Shown here in pieces: positions 9,789-18,682 of a stretch of DNA of 38,238 bases. The notes under the pieces are model-generated. The model was not told where the DNA came from. It saw nothing but the letters and a program-made list of their open reading frames with translations, and made no database searches. Position 1 is the stretch's first letter; each line of letters begins with the position of its first letter. The DNA comes from Candidatus Bipolaricaulia bacterium (GTDB taxonomy: Bacteria > Bipolaricaulota > Bipolaricaulia > JBHIAT01): positions 1-38,238 of the forward strand of contig JBHIAT010000012.1 in NCBI GenBank assembly GCA_046758705.1. The letters are read 5' to 3'. A program made the position numbers and the translations under genes.

Positions 9789-10837
9789 CACTTCACCCCC
9801 TCTGAGTTTCTTCCTCTCCGAATATCGATCCGTGCCAACGCCTGTTGAAACTCCGCGACCAACTCCTGGTGCTCCGGTTCGTCGAGGAACGCGGCCCGTA
9901 CGCCGTTCATGATGATCTCTTCGATCGTCTCAACCGAGAGGTCGAACGCCCGCTTGATATGGCAAAGCTCATCGGTCATCGTCGTGTGGGACATCAGCCG
10001 GTTGTCGGTGTTGACCGTCACCGGGATCCCCCGTTCGTGATAACGCATGATCGGATGGTCCAGGTACGCTTGGATGAACGCCGCTGTCTGAAGGTTGCTT
10101 GTCGGGCAGACTTCGAGCGCGATCCCGTGCTCGGCCACCTGATATTCGAGCTGTTCATCCTGGAAAAGATGGATCCCGTGGCCGATCCGATCGGCACCCA
10201 GCTCGATCGCGCTCTCGATGTGCTCTGGGCAGCAGGCCTCCCCGGCGTGGATCGTGATGTGGAGGCCGGATTCCTGGGCGATCTCGAACGCTTTGCGGTG
10301 AGGTTCGGCCGGGTAGCCCTGTTCGGGTCCGGCGATGTCCAGGGCGACGACACCGCGCCCATGATAAACACAGGCCAGCCTCGCCACCTGCTCGGAGAGC
10401 TCAGGGCGTTGATCCCGCATACAACAGAGGATCAGGCCGGTCTTGATCCCGGTCGCTGCCTCACCTTGGGTTAGACCGCGAAGCACACTCTCGACGATCT
10501 CCTCAGATGACAGGCCCCGCTCGCGGTGCAGCATTGGAGCGAAGCGCACCTCCAGATACTTTACGTTTTCGGCGGCGGTGTCCTCACAGAGTTCCCGGGC
10601 AACGCGCTCCAGGGCGTCTTCCGTCTGGAGAACCCCGACGGTGTATCGAAAAAAGTTCAGGTACTCATTCAGGGGAATGCGCTCCGGCAGTTTGAGCAGC
10701 GCATCAATCTCCTGTCGACTCGAGACCGGCAGCTCAAACCCTGACGCTTGGGCCAGCTCCCAGATCGTCTCCGGCCGAAGCGACCCGTCGAGGTGGCAGT
10801 GGAGTTCTGCCTTGGGCAGTCGTTGAATCCAGCGCAT
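9788..10837 (-). CDS. add: Adenosine deaminase
   Basis: PKAELHCHLDGS, TIHAGE, RIGHG, EVCPTSN, VNTDN; GGAGGTG RBS supports ATG 10837. Confidence 0.92.
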   Translation of the reverse strand: MRWIQRLPKAELHCHLDGSLRPETIWELAQASGFELPVSSRQEIDALLKLPERIPLNEYLNFFRYTVGVLQTEDALERVARELCEDTAAENVKYLEVRFAPMLHRERGLSSEEIVESVLRGLTQGEAATGIKTGLILCCMRDQRPELSEQVARLACVYHGRGVVALDIAGPEQGYPAEPHRKAFEIAQESGLHITIHAGEACCPEHIESAIELGADRIGHGIHLFQDEQLEYQVAEHGIALEVCPTSNLQTAAFIQAYLDHPIMRYHERGIPVTVNTDNRLMSHTTMTDELCHIKRAFDLSVETIEEIIMNGVRAAFLDEPEHQELVAEFQQALARIDIRRGRNSEGVK

Positions 10838-10876
10838 CGCCCGTCTCACCTCCGGCTGGCGGTCAGCTTTTATAGA

Positions 10877-10905
10877 ATTATGCCCCGTGTGAGGGTTGTT
10901 TGCAA
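10877..10905 (-). promoter_or_regulatory. Sigma70-type promoter of add-fabI
   Basis: Minus strand TTGCAA-N17-CATAAT. Confidence 0.55.
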
Positions 10906-10926
10906 CCAGGACCTATCATGGAGGCT

Positions 10927-11751
10927 TCAGCCGCTGCGCTTGAGCCGGCCGGTCCGCTTGGCGTAACGCTCCACCCAGCCGAAGACGACCAGACCGATGG
11001 GAATGGTCACCAACCCCATGATCACCAGCGGCACCACATAGCCGAGCAGCTCTCCGGTCGCCACACCGTCGAGCAGGCTGTCCCGCATCCCCTGAAGCAC
11101 GTAAGTCGCTGGTGACAGGGTCGAGATCCGTTGTATCCAATCGGGCAGCACAGTCACCGGATAGTAGATCCCGGAGATCAGCAGCATCAGAGCCTCGATG
11201 ACATGGGTCATCTGGGAGCCCCGCTCCGGAAAGAGCAACGGCAGGACCGCCGCCACGATCCCGAAGCCGATGAACGAGATGCTGCCGAGCAGCAGCATCA
11301 GGATCGCACCGATCAGATTCGCCGCACCCAGGTCGATGCGGAAGAAGAGCGCGACGATCGCCAGAATGATCAGGGTCCTGAGGATCCCGTAGGCGACGGC
11401 GAACAGCGTTGTCCCGATCATGTGAGTCAATCGGGAGACCGGCGCCATGAACGTATACTCGATCGTCCCCTCCCAGCGCTCCCAGGAGATCATCTCACTG
11501 ACGCTGTCGAAGACGACCGAAAGGTACGACCAGACCAGCGTTCCTACGAGTAGGTACAGGATCAGGAAGTCGGTGTCAAGCGCCTGGCCACTGATCTTGT
11601 CCATCCCCGCCCCGATGTAGGTGATCGACAGGGCGTTGACGATCGAATAGGTGAGCCAGACGATCTCCCAGCCCCAGTAACGTTTCACCAGGTTGAAGTT
11701 GCGCTCTAAAAAGGCATACGAGGCACGTGCCTCATGAATCAACTGGTTCAT
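10927..11751 (-). CDS. ABC-2 type exporter permease
   Basis: About six TM helices, ERWEGTIEYTFMAPVSR and SGIYYPVTVLPDW motifs. Confidence 0.9.
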   Translation of the reverse strand: MNQLIHEARASYAFLERNFNLVKRYWGWEIVWLTYSIVNALSITYIGAGMDKISGQALDTDFLILYLLVGTLVWSYLSVVFDSVSEMISWERWEGTIEYTFMAPVSRLTHMIGTTLFAVAYGILRTLIILAIVALFFRIDLGAANLIGAILMLLLGSISFIGFGIVAAVLPLLFPERGSQMTHVIEALMLLISGIYYPVTVLPDWIQRISTLSPATYVLQGMRDSLLDGVATGELLGYVVPLVIMGLVTIPIGLVVFGWVERYAKRTGRLKRSG

Positions 11752-12605
11752 TCTCTCCTTCCTTTCCGCTCATCGACCTCCAACGTCTTGCCTGTCAACT
11801 CCATGAACACGTCCTCCAATGTCGGCGAGTGACTGTTGGTCCGGCTCTGAATCAGGGCCTTCAGGCCCTCCGGGGTATCCTCGGCGATGATCCGCCCTTC
11901 GTCGATGATGGCGACCCGGTCGCAGAGGCGATCGGCCTCCTCCATATCGTGGGTGGTCAGCAGCACCGTGGCATCGTGATCGCGGCGCACCTCCAGGATG
12001 ACCCGTTGCACCTCCCGCTTCGACCGGGGATCGAGGCCGGTCGTCGGCTCGTCCAAAAGCAACAGGATCGGGGAGGTGAGGAACGCCCGGGCGATCGCGA
12101 CCTTCTGCTGCATCCCTCGCGACATATGCTCCATCGGTCGGTTGACTCGATCCTCCCGAACCCCAAGACGCCCCAGAATAGAGAAGATCCGTTCTCGAGC
12201 TATGTGCCCCTGCATCCCGTAGAGTCGAGCCGCGTAGATCAGGTTCTCCATCGGTGACAGCTTCTTGAAGAACGCGGCGTCGACGGAGACCCGGTTGATC
12301 ATCTGCTTGACTTGGTACTCGTCTTTCCTGACATCATGGCCGAAGATCTGAATCGTCCCGGCGTCGGAGATGAGCAGCGTGGCGATCAGGCGTATCAGGG
12401 TGCTCTTCCCTGAACCGTTGGGACCCAACACGCCGAAGATCTCCCCGCGCTTCACCCGGAGGCTGACGTCGTCTATGGCGACGATCACCTGCCGTTTCTG
12501 TCGCTTCCCGTTCCCTTTCTTTATTCCCAGACGTAGCAGCCAGGGACCTCGCTCCCGGGTGAACACCTTCCTGGCTCGGTCAATTTCCAGAGCGAGCGAA
12601 TTCAT
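11748..12605 (-). CDS. ABC-2 type (DrrA-like) exporter ATP-binding protein
   Basis: Walker A GPNGSGKST, signature SRGMQQK, Walker B LLLLDEPT, TTH switch; AAGGAG RBS supports ATG 12605. Confidence 0.92.
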   Translation of the reverse strand: MNSLALEIDRARKVFTRERGPWLLRLGIKKGNGKRQKRQVIVAIDDVSLRVKRGEIFGVLGPNGSGKSTLIRLIATLLISDAGTIQIFGHDVRKDEYQVKQMINRVSVDAAFFKKLSPMENLIYAARLYGMQGHIARERIFSILGRLGVREDRVNRPMEHMSRGMQQKVAIARAFLTSPILLLLDEPTTGLDPRSKREVQRVILEVRRDHDATVLLTTHDMEEADRLCDRVAIIDEGRIIAEDTPEGLKALIQSRTNSHSPTLEDVFMELTGKTLEVDERKGRRE

Positions 12606-12706
12606 GTTGACGCTCCTTTGATCCTTTGAATCCCTCATGCTGAAACGACGAACACGAACACTGGGGACACTCACGAATATGGATAGTTAACTGATAGAAG
12701 TTACGG

Positions 12707-12766
12707 AAAACCGTGGGCGTCCCTGATGAAAGACACCCGTCAGGCACCTCCACCGCACACCCACGG
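12707..12766 (-). terminator. Attenuator-like structured leader with U-tract upstream of the ABC exporter
   Basis: In the minus-strand RNA the arm at 12711-12724 can pair with 12729-12738 (GGGUGUCUUU-CAUC-AGGGACGCCC) or with 12757-12766 (CCGUGGGUGU/ACGCCCACGG); followed by UUUU. Mismatches are G-U only on this strand. Confidence 0.6.
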
Positions 12767-12798
12767 CCGTTCGAGTCTGAGACGGTAGGACGTGCGAA

Positions 12799-12852
12799 TC
12801 AGGAGGGCGGGGTATCGAACACTTCGTTACGGATGAGCCAAATCACTCTCAT
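12799..12852 (-). CDS. Putative leader peptide MRVIWLIRNEVFDTPPS (17 aa)
   Basis: AAGGAGG RBS (12862-12868) 9 nt before the ATG; lies between a near-consensus promoter and the attenuator-like structure; below the ORF-track size cut-off. Confidence 0.6.
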   Translation of the reverse strand: MRVIWLIRNEVFDTPPS

Positions 12853-12877
12853 CGAACACATCCTCCTTGTGGCAATT

Positions 12878-12906
12878 AGTATAAACGGTGAATGGACGAT
12901 TGTCAA
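12878..12906 (-). promoter_or_regulatory. Near-consensus sigma70 promoter of the leader peptide/ABC exporter
   Basis: Minus strand TTGACA-N17-TATACT. Confidence 0.75.
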
Positions 12907-12925
12907 GAGTTTCTCCGCCCACTGT

Positions 12926-12988
12926 TGTGTGAGAACTCCGACGGTCCACCTGTGAGAAATATCACGGCGATCCGTCCCTCCATCCCTT
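12926..12988 (+). repeat. 63-bp direct repeat, copy 1
   Basis: 56/63 identical to 20023-20085, first 22 nt identical (TGTGTGAGAACTCCGACGGTCC); internal imperfect palindrome GACGG...CTGTGA-loop-TCACGG...CCGTC. Confidence 0.92.
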
Positions 12989-13096
12989 ACTATTGATAAT
13001 GGGTAATTAAAGAAATAAGGGGGGGTGATAATTAAGAAGCACTATAGAGGTTTAGCACAAGCGCGTTCCAAAAATACATCGTGGGGGTGTTACATC

Positions 13097-14737
13097 ATGA
13101 AGAGGTGGGCAGTGGTATTAGCCCTAGTTGTTACATTGGCATTTGGTGTGCAGGCAGTTGCACAAGTACCGAGAGGCGGAATCGTTCGGTGGAATCCTCA
13201 CCCTGCGGGCCCTTGGCCCGACACCTACAACCCCTTCTCTCCCGGTCTGGAACAGAACTGGGTGCTCATTTACGAACCCCTGCTTCACTTCAATGAGTTA
13301 ACCGTCGAGATCGAACCGTGGTTGGCTGAAAGCTACGCTTGGAACGACGATCTGCGAACTGTGACGTTCGAGATACGCCCGAGTGTGCAGTGGCACGATG
13401 GGGAACTTCTCACCGCTGAGGACGTCGAATTCACCTTTAACCTGATGAAGGAGTTTCCCGCTCTCGATACCCAAAGCGTGTGGGCGATCCTTGAAAGCGT
13501 GCAGGCTGTCGACCAGGATACGATCGTCATGAAGCTCAAGCAGGTGAGCGTGCCCTCCCTGTGGTACATCGCAGAGCAGGTGCCGATTGTGCCCCAACAC
13601 ATATGGTCCACTGTGAGGGATCCGGTCACCTTTGTGAATCGCAAGCCGGTCGGAACCGGTCCGTTTAAGCTGGGTCGATACAGACCCGAGGTGATCCGCT
13701 TCGACAGGAATCCGGACTACTGGCAGCCGGGCAAGCCCTATGTGGACGGGGTGGAGGTCGTGGCGTTCAAACTCAATGACGACGCGTTCTTGGCACTGCT
13801 CAGACATGAGCTGGACTACGTGAACAACTTCATCCCCGATATAGAGAAAACCTTCGTGTCAAGAGATCCAGAAGACAACCACTACTGGTTCGCCCCAAAT
13901 GGTGTCGTCACCCTGTATACGAACACCGCCAGGTATCCGCTGTCCCTGAGAGAGGTCCGATGGGCGATTGCGATGGCGATTGACCGAAAGGAACTGGTGG
14001 ACAAGGCCTACTACAACTACGGCGAGCCGGCGAGCCCGGCCGGTCCGGTCATGGTGCCGACGCTCACCGATTGGTGGAACAGCTCCATTCCGGCGACGTT
14101 CACCCTGGATCCCGAGAGGTCGATCCGGATCCTCGAAGGGCTCGGCTTTGAGCGGGGCAGGGACGGGATCTTCGTGACGCCCGACGGGAAGCGGCTGGAG
14201 TTCTCGATTATCGTGGTCAACGGCTGGACCGACTGGGTCGCCGAATGCCAGCTCATGGCCCAGCAACTCAAGAAAATCGGGATGGACGTCACCGTAGAAG
14301 CGCTGGACTTCGGCGCCTACTTCTCGAAGCTGCAAAGAGGCGACTTCGACTTGGGAATCTCCTGGACGACCTTCGGACCCAGCCCGTTCTTCGGGTACAG
14401 TGATTTGCTTCACTCCAAGTTCTCCGCACCGGTCGGCGAAACCGCCATGGGTACCAACTGGCATCGCTGGACCAGCGACCAGGTCGACGCGTTGCTCGAT
14501 GCGTTCGCCAGCACCGCAGATCCGGAGGAGCAGAAGGGGATCCTGTACAACTTGCAGAGCATATTCTTCCATGAGCTCCCTTCGATTCCGTTGCACTATA
14601 GTGCGATGTGGTACGAATACGTCACGGAAAACTTCGTCGGCTGGCCCGACGTGAGCAATCCCTACGCAATGGGAGGACCGGGAAGTACGATCGCCGAGAG
14701 TGCGAAGGTGCTGAGCAATGTTCACCTCAAAAAGTAG
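13097..14737 (+). CDS. ABC transporter substrate-binding protein, family 5 (Opp/Dpp-type), probably oligosaccharide-binding
   Basis: Signal peptide MKRWAVVLALVV...; IYEPL, WHDGELLTAEDVEFTF, PVGTGPF, VVNGWTDW; operon ends in a GH1 gene. Confidence 0.92.
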   Translation: MKRWAVVLALVVTLAFGVQAVAQVPRGGIVRWNPHPAGPWPDTYNPFSPGLEQNWVLIYEPLLHFNELTVEIEPWLAESYAWNDDLRTVTFEIRPSVQWHDGELLTAEDVEFTFNLMKEFPALDTQSVWAILESVQAVDQDTIVMKLKQVSVPSLWYIAEQVPIVPQHIWSTVRDPVTFVNRKPVGTGPFKLGRYRPEVIRFDRNPDYWQPGKPYVDGVEVVAFKLNDDAFLALLRHELDYVNNFIPDIEKTFVSRDPEDNHYWFAPNGVVTLYTNTARYPLSLREVRWAIAMAIDRKELVDKAYYNYGEPASPAGPVMVPTLTDWWNSSIPATFTLDPERSIRILEGLGFERGRDGIFVTPDGKRLEFSIIVVNGWTDWVAECQLMAQQLKKIGMDVTVEALDFGAYFSKLQRGDFDLGISWTTFGPSPFFGYSDLLHSKFSAPVGETAMGTNWHRWTSDQVDALLDAFASTADPEEQKGILYNLQSIFFHELPSIPLHYSAMWYEYVTENFVGWPDVSNPYAMGGPGSTIAESAKVLSNVHLKK

Positions 14738-14785
14738 CGTAGCGCGTAGGAAACTGAGCACCTTGGCTTGGATCTGAAGTACGGA

Positions 14786-14825
14786 CGGCCCTCATCTTCG
14801 CGCTTGCGACGCAAGATGAGGGCCG
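14786..14825 (+). terminator. Intercistronic stem-loop after the SBP gene (mRNA stabiliser/partial terminator)
   Basis: Perfect 13-bp inverted repeat CGGCCCTCATCTT...AAGATGAGGGCCG with no U-tract. Confidence 0.7.
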
Positions 14826-14841
14826 CCTATAATAATTTGCA

Positions 14842-15831
14842 ATGACCCGGAAGTATCTGATTCGAAAGTTCTTCTTCTACGTGATCAGCATCTGGGTCGC
14901 CTTAACCATAAACTTCGCCATTCCCAGGCTGATGCCCGGGGATCCGGCCTCGGTCGTCCTGGCCAGAGCCCGGGGTCAAATGAACCCCCAAGCCCTTGAT
15001 GCCCTGATGAAGGCGTTCGGGTTCACGGGGAAAAACCTGTTCTTGCAGTACATCGAGTACCTCAGTAACGTCTTCAGGGGAAACTTCGGCATCAGCATCA
15101 CCTACTTCCCCACCCCGGTGAGCGAATTAATCAGTCAGGCCCTGCCCTGGACGCTTTTCCTGTTCGGATTCGCGACCATCATGAGCTTCGTTCTGGGAAC
15201 GGTTATTGGGATATTCCTGGCATGGAGAAGAAATTCGATAAGCGATGCAACGGTGACGCCATTTTCCATATTTCTCCATTCGTTTCCGGCCTTTTGGATC
15301 GCGCTGCTGATCTTGTATATCATCGGGTTCAAAATGGACCTCATCCCGATCGCCCATGGCTACAACCCCAGAATCGACACCGGTTTCAACCGAGCATTTA
15401 TAGGAAGTGCGGTGCTGCACGCGGTCGGTCCACTGCTGTCGATCGTGCTCGTGAGCATCGGGGGGTGGATCCTGCTCATCCGAAACAACATGATCTCGAT
15501 CCTGGAGGAGGACTTCATCACCATGGCCCAAGCCGAGGGACTTAAGGAGCGGATGATCATGTTCGGTTACGCGGCCAGAAACGCCATCCTGCCCAGTGTG
15601 ACTGCGTTTACGATGAGCATGGGGTTCGTGTTCACCGGGTCGCTACTGACCGAGATCGTCTTCAGTTATCCAGGTGTGGGCTTCCTCCTGTATCAAGGGG
15701 TTCTGGCGTTGGACTATCCGGTTCTTCAGAGTGCCTTCTTCATCCTGGCTGTGGTGATGATGACGGCCAACTTCTTGGTCGACATCATCTACGTCAAACT
15801 CGATCCGAGAACCTCCGAGGTGGAGAGGTAA
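14842..15831 (+). CDS. ABC transporter permease (OppB/DppB-like)
   Basis: INFAIPRLMPGDPA, EAA-like loop EDFITMAQAEGL, EIVFSYPGVG, YVKLDPR. Confidence 0.93.
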   Translation: MTRKYLIRKFFFYVISIWVALTINFAIPRLMPGDPASVVLARARGQMNPQALDALMKAFGFTGKNLFLQYIEYLSNVFRGNFGISITYFPTPVSELISQALPWTLFLFGFATIMSFVLGTVIGIFLAWRRNSISDATVTPFSIFLHSFPAFWIALLILYIIGFKMDLIPIAHGYNPRIDTGFNRAFIGSAVLHAVGPLLSIVLVSIGGWILLIRNNMISILEEDFITMAQAEGLKERMIMFGYAARNAILPSVTAFTMSMGFVFTGSLLTEIVFSYPGVGFLLYQGVLALDYPVLQSAFFILAVVMMTANFLVDIIYVKLDPRTSEVER

Positions 15832-15834
15832 AAT

Positions 15835-16692
15835 ATGACCGCCGGGCTCGGCCTAAAGGAATCACTCATCACTTTCTTGACCAATAAGAAGGCGATCATT
15901 GGCCTGGTCATCGTGCTGTTCTTTCTCACCATCGGTGCCTTTGCCCCCTATCTGGCCCCCTACAAACCGATGTCAACCGAATTCCCAACTTGGTTGGGCC
16001 CATCGCGTCAGCACCTGCTGGGAACGACGGACTTGGGTCAGGATCTGCTGTCACAATTCATATGGGGAGCGCGGCTATCCCTGTTGGTCGGGATATCTGT
16101 GAGCTTCTTGGTCCAAATCATCGCACTATCCGTCGGCGTGACGGCCGGATACTATGGCGGATGGATAGGAAACGTCCTGACGACCTTCACCAACGTCTTC
16201 CTGATCCTGCCGACGTTCCCCCTGATGATCGTGATCGCCGCTTTCCTGGGGGCCAGGGGGTCGTCCACGATCATACTCGTCCTGGTCATCACCAGCTGGG
16301 CCTGGGGGGCCCGCGTGTTTCGCTCTCAGACGCTCTCCTTGAAGGAGAGGGGATTCATCGAAGCGGCCAAGGTCGCGGGTGAACGGGATTTCAGGATCAT
16401 CTTCGGAGAGTTGATCCCCAACATGTTCCCACTCATCGTCTCGAACTTTATCGGGACGACTTCGTTCGCGGTGATCACCGAGTCGGCGTTGCGGTTCATC
16501 GGACTGGGCTCCGTCAATGAGGTGACCTGGGGCACGATGCTCTTCTGGGCGTCGAACGCGTTGGCTCTAGCCCAAGATGCCTGGTGGTGGTTCATCCCTC
16601 CGGGTCTGTCGATCGCGCTCTTCGGGTTGGGTCTGGCGCTCATCAACTTCGCCATCGATGAGGTGAGCAATCCGCGGTTAAGAAAGGTGTAA
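15835..16692 (+). CDS. ABC transporter permease (OppC/DppC-like)
   Basis: HLLGTTDLGQD, FIEAAKVAG, WWWFIPPG, DEVSNPRLR. Confidence 0.93.
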   Translation: MTAGLGLKESLITFLTNKKAIIGLVIVLFFLTIGAFAPYLAPYKPMSTEFPTWLGPSRQHLLGTTDLGQDLLSQFIWGARLSLLVGISVSFLVQIIALSVGVTAGYYGGWIGNVLTTFTNVFLILPTFPLMIVIAAFLGARGSSTIILVLVITSWAWGARVFRSQTLSLKERGFIEAAKVAGERDFRIIFGELIPNMFPLIVSNFIGTTSFAVITESALRFIGLGSVNEVTWGTMLFWASNALALAQDAWWWFIPPGLSIALFGLGLALINFAIDEVSNPRLRKV

Positions 16693-16704
16693 AGAAGAGC
16701 TGTC

Positions 16705-17679
16705 TTGCTAAACATCGAGGATTTAAAGGTCTACTACCGAACGAGACGGGACGATGTCAGGGCCGTTGACGGCGTCAGCTTCGAGCTGAGGAAGGGGGAG
16801 CTCCTCGGACTCGTCGGGGAAAGCGGCTGTGGCAAGTCGACGCTCGGCTACTCCCTACTAAGGCTCATCAGGCCCCCGGGTTACTATGCCGGGGGCACCA
16901 TCCATTTCAACGGCCGGGATCTGTTGCAGCTCAATGACGAGCAGATGAGGCAGGTTCGGGGCAAGGAGATCGCTTTGATCCCACAGGCGGCCATGAACGT
17001 GTTAAATCCGGTGATCAGGATTAAGAAACAGATGAGAGATATGATGGTGTCGCACGAGCAAAGTCTCCCCAAAGACCAGATGTCCAAGCGGGTCGCCAAG
17101 TCGTTAACCGCGGTCAAACTCGACTCGTCGCGCCTCAATTCCCATCCTCACGAGCTGAGTGGGGGGATGAGACAGAGGGTGATCATCGCGCTCTCCCTGC
17201 TCCTGGGACCGAAAATCCTTGTCGCTGATGAGCCCACCACCGCCCTAGACGTGGTGACACAACGAGGATTGCTAAGGATGATCAGAGGGATAGCGAAGGA
17301 GCTGGAACTGTCCATACTGTTTATCACCCACGATATCTCGATTCTGGCCGAGATAAGCGACAGGATAGGCGTGATGTATGCGGGGAAGCTGGTGGAGATC
17401 AGTCCCACCGAAAGGATATTCTCTAAGCCTGCCCATCCCTACACTAAGGCGCTGTTGAGTTCTGTCCCATCGGTCGTTGGTGAGACAGGAAAGCTGGAGG
17501 GGATCCCCGGTTATCCCCCCGACCTGAGAGCGCCGCCGGCGGGCTGCCGGTTCCACCCGAGGTGCCCCTACGCTGTCGGAGTATGTGAGAGGACCGATCC
17601 TCCATTCGTCGAGATGAAGAAGGACCATACAGCCGCATGCCATCTGGCAAAGACGATAGACGAGGACGAAGGTGAATGA
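16705..17679 (+). CDS. ABC transporter ATP-binding protein (OppD/DppD-like)
   Basis: GESGCGKST, LSGGMRQR, DEPTTALD, HPYT, GCRFHPRCP; TTG start. Confidence 0.93.
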   Translation: MLNIEDLKVYYRTRRDDVRAVDGVSFELRKGELLGLVGESGCGKSTLGYSLLRLIRPPGYYAGGTIHFNGRDLLQLNDEQMRQVRGKEIALIPQAAMNVLNPVIRIKKQMRDMMVSHEQSLPKDQMSKRVAKSLTAVKLDSSRLNSHPHELSGGMRQRVIIALSLLLGPKILVADEPTTALDVVTQRGLLRMIRGIAKELELSILFITHDISILAEISDRIGVMYAGKLVEISPTERIFSKPAHPYTKALLSSVPSVVGETGKLEGIPGYPPDLRAPPAGCRFHPRCPYAVGVCERTDPPFVEMKKDHTAACHLAKTIDEDEGE

Positions 17680-18682
17680 GGGAGAGGACAAGGACGGTAT
17701 ACTGGTTGCCGATGAACTGACCAAGCTATTTCCAGTCGGTGGACAGTTCGTCGTTAGAGACCACATCCGTGCGGTCGATGGGGTATCCTTTTCGGTTAAG
17801 CCCAGCACTGTTTTCTGCCTTGTCGGAGAGTCGGGATGCGGAAAGACTACCATTGCCAGGCTTGTCCTTAGGCTGTTAAAACCGACGAACGGGGCCCTTT
17901 ACCTCCACGGCAGGGAGATCTTCAGCTTCGAGAGGAGGGAATATAGAAGGACAGTGCAGATGGTCTTTCAAGATCCCTATGCCGTACTCAATCCACTGAG
18001 AAATGTGTATCACATCTTAAGTCGCCCCCTTAAGATCCACGGCTTAGCTCCAAGAGCCCATCTCCCAGAGAGGGTTCACAGCCTGTTGGAAATGGTGAAG
18101 CTGACCCCAACGGAGGAATACGCGGCCAAATACCCCCATCAGTTAAGCGGAGGGGAGAGGCAACGGGTCGCCATAGCGAGGGCGTTATCGGTCAATCCCA
18201 GGCTACTGGTGCTCGATGAGCCTGTTTCGATGTTGGATATGTCGATACGGGTGTCGATTCTGAACCTGCTGATCGAGTTGAAGAGCGAGTTGGGCTTGTC
18301 CTATGTATACATCACCCACGACCTTGCCACGGCAAAATACTTCGGGGACGAGATGGCCACGATGTATCTCGGCAAGATCATCGAGATCGGTGAGGCAAAC
18401 GAGGTAATAGAGAACCCATTGCATCCCTACACGCAATTGCTTATCGCCTCCATCCCGAGCATAGACTCAAGGTCAAAAAGGAATGACCAGGAGAAAATAA
18501 AAACCCAAGAGGAAGGGATGCCGAATCCCGCCAACCTACCGACCGGCTGCAGATTTCATCCAAGATGCCCCCACGTGATGGAGGAATGTAGAGGTATCGA
18601 CCCCGAGCTGGTAGAGGTGGAGAAGGGCCGTTTTGTCGCGTGCTATCTTTATGACTCTCAGATAAGGAGGGAACCGGGTTGA
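17672..18682 (+). CDS. ABC transporter ATP-binding protein (OppF/DppF-like)
   Basis: GESGCGKTT, LSGGERQR, DEPVSMLD, HPYT, GCRFHPRCP; GTG start overlapping the upstream gene. Confidence 0.93.
   Translation: MNEGEDKDGILVADELTKLFPVGGQFVVRDHIRAVDGVSFSVKPSTVFCLVGESGCGKTTIARLVLRLLKPTNGALYLHGREIFSFERREYRRTVQMVFQDPYAVLNPLRNVYHILSRPLKIHGLAPRAHLPERVHSLLEMVKLTPTEEYAAKYPHQLSGGERQRVAIARALSVNPRLLVLDEPVSMLDMSIRVSILNLLIELKSELGLSYVYITHDLATAKYFGDEMATMYLGKIIEIGEANEVIENPLHPYTQLLIASIPSIDSRSKRNDQEKIKTQEEGMPNPANLPTGCRFHPRCPHVMEECRGIDPELVEVEKGRFVACYLYDSQIRREPG

Noticed and set aside
12715-12770. Possible hammerhead ribozyme (CTGATGA on + strand)
   Set aside because: No GAAA after a stem II and no stem III/UH site; G-U pairs favour the minus-strand attenuator reading.
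13859-14761. Long antisense ORFs (this one, also 22340-23263, 24146-25111, 37221-38051)
   Set aside because: They lie opposite well-supported genes, carry no recognisable motifs and are expected shadows in GC-rich DNA.
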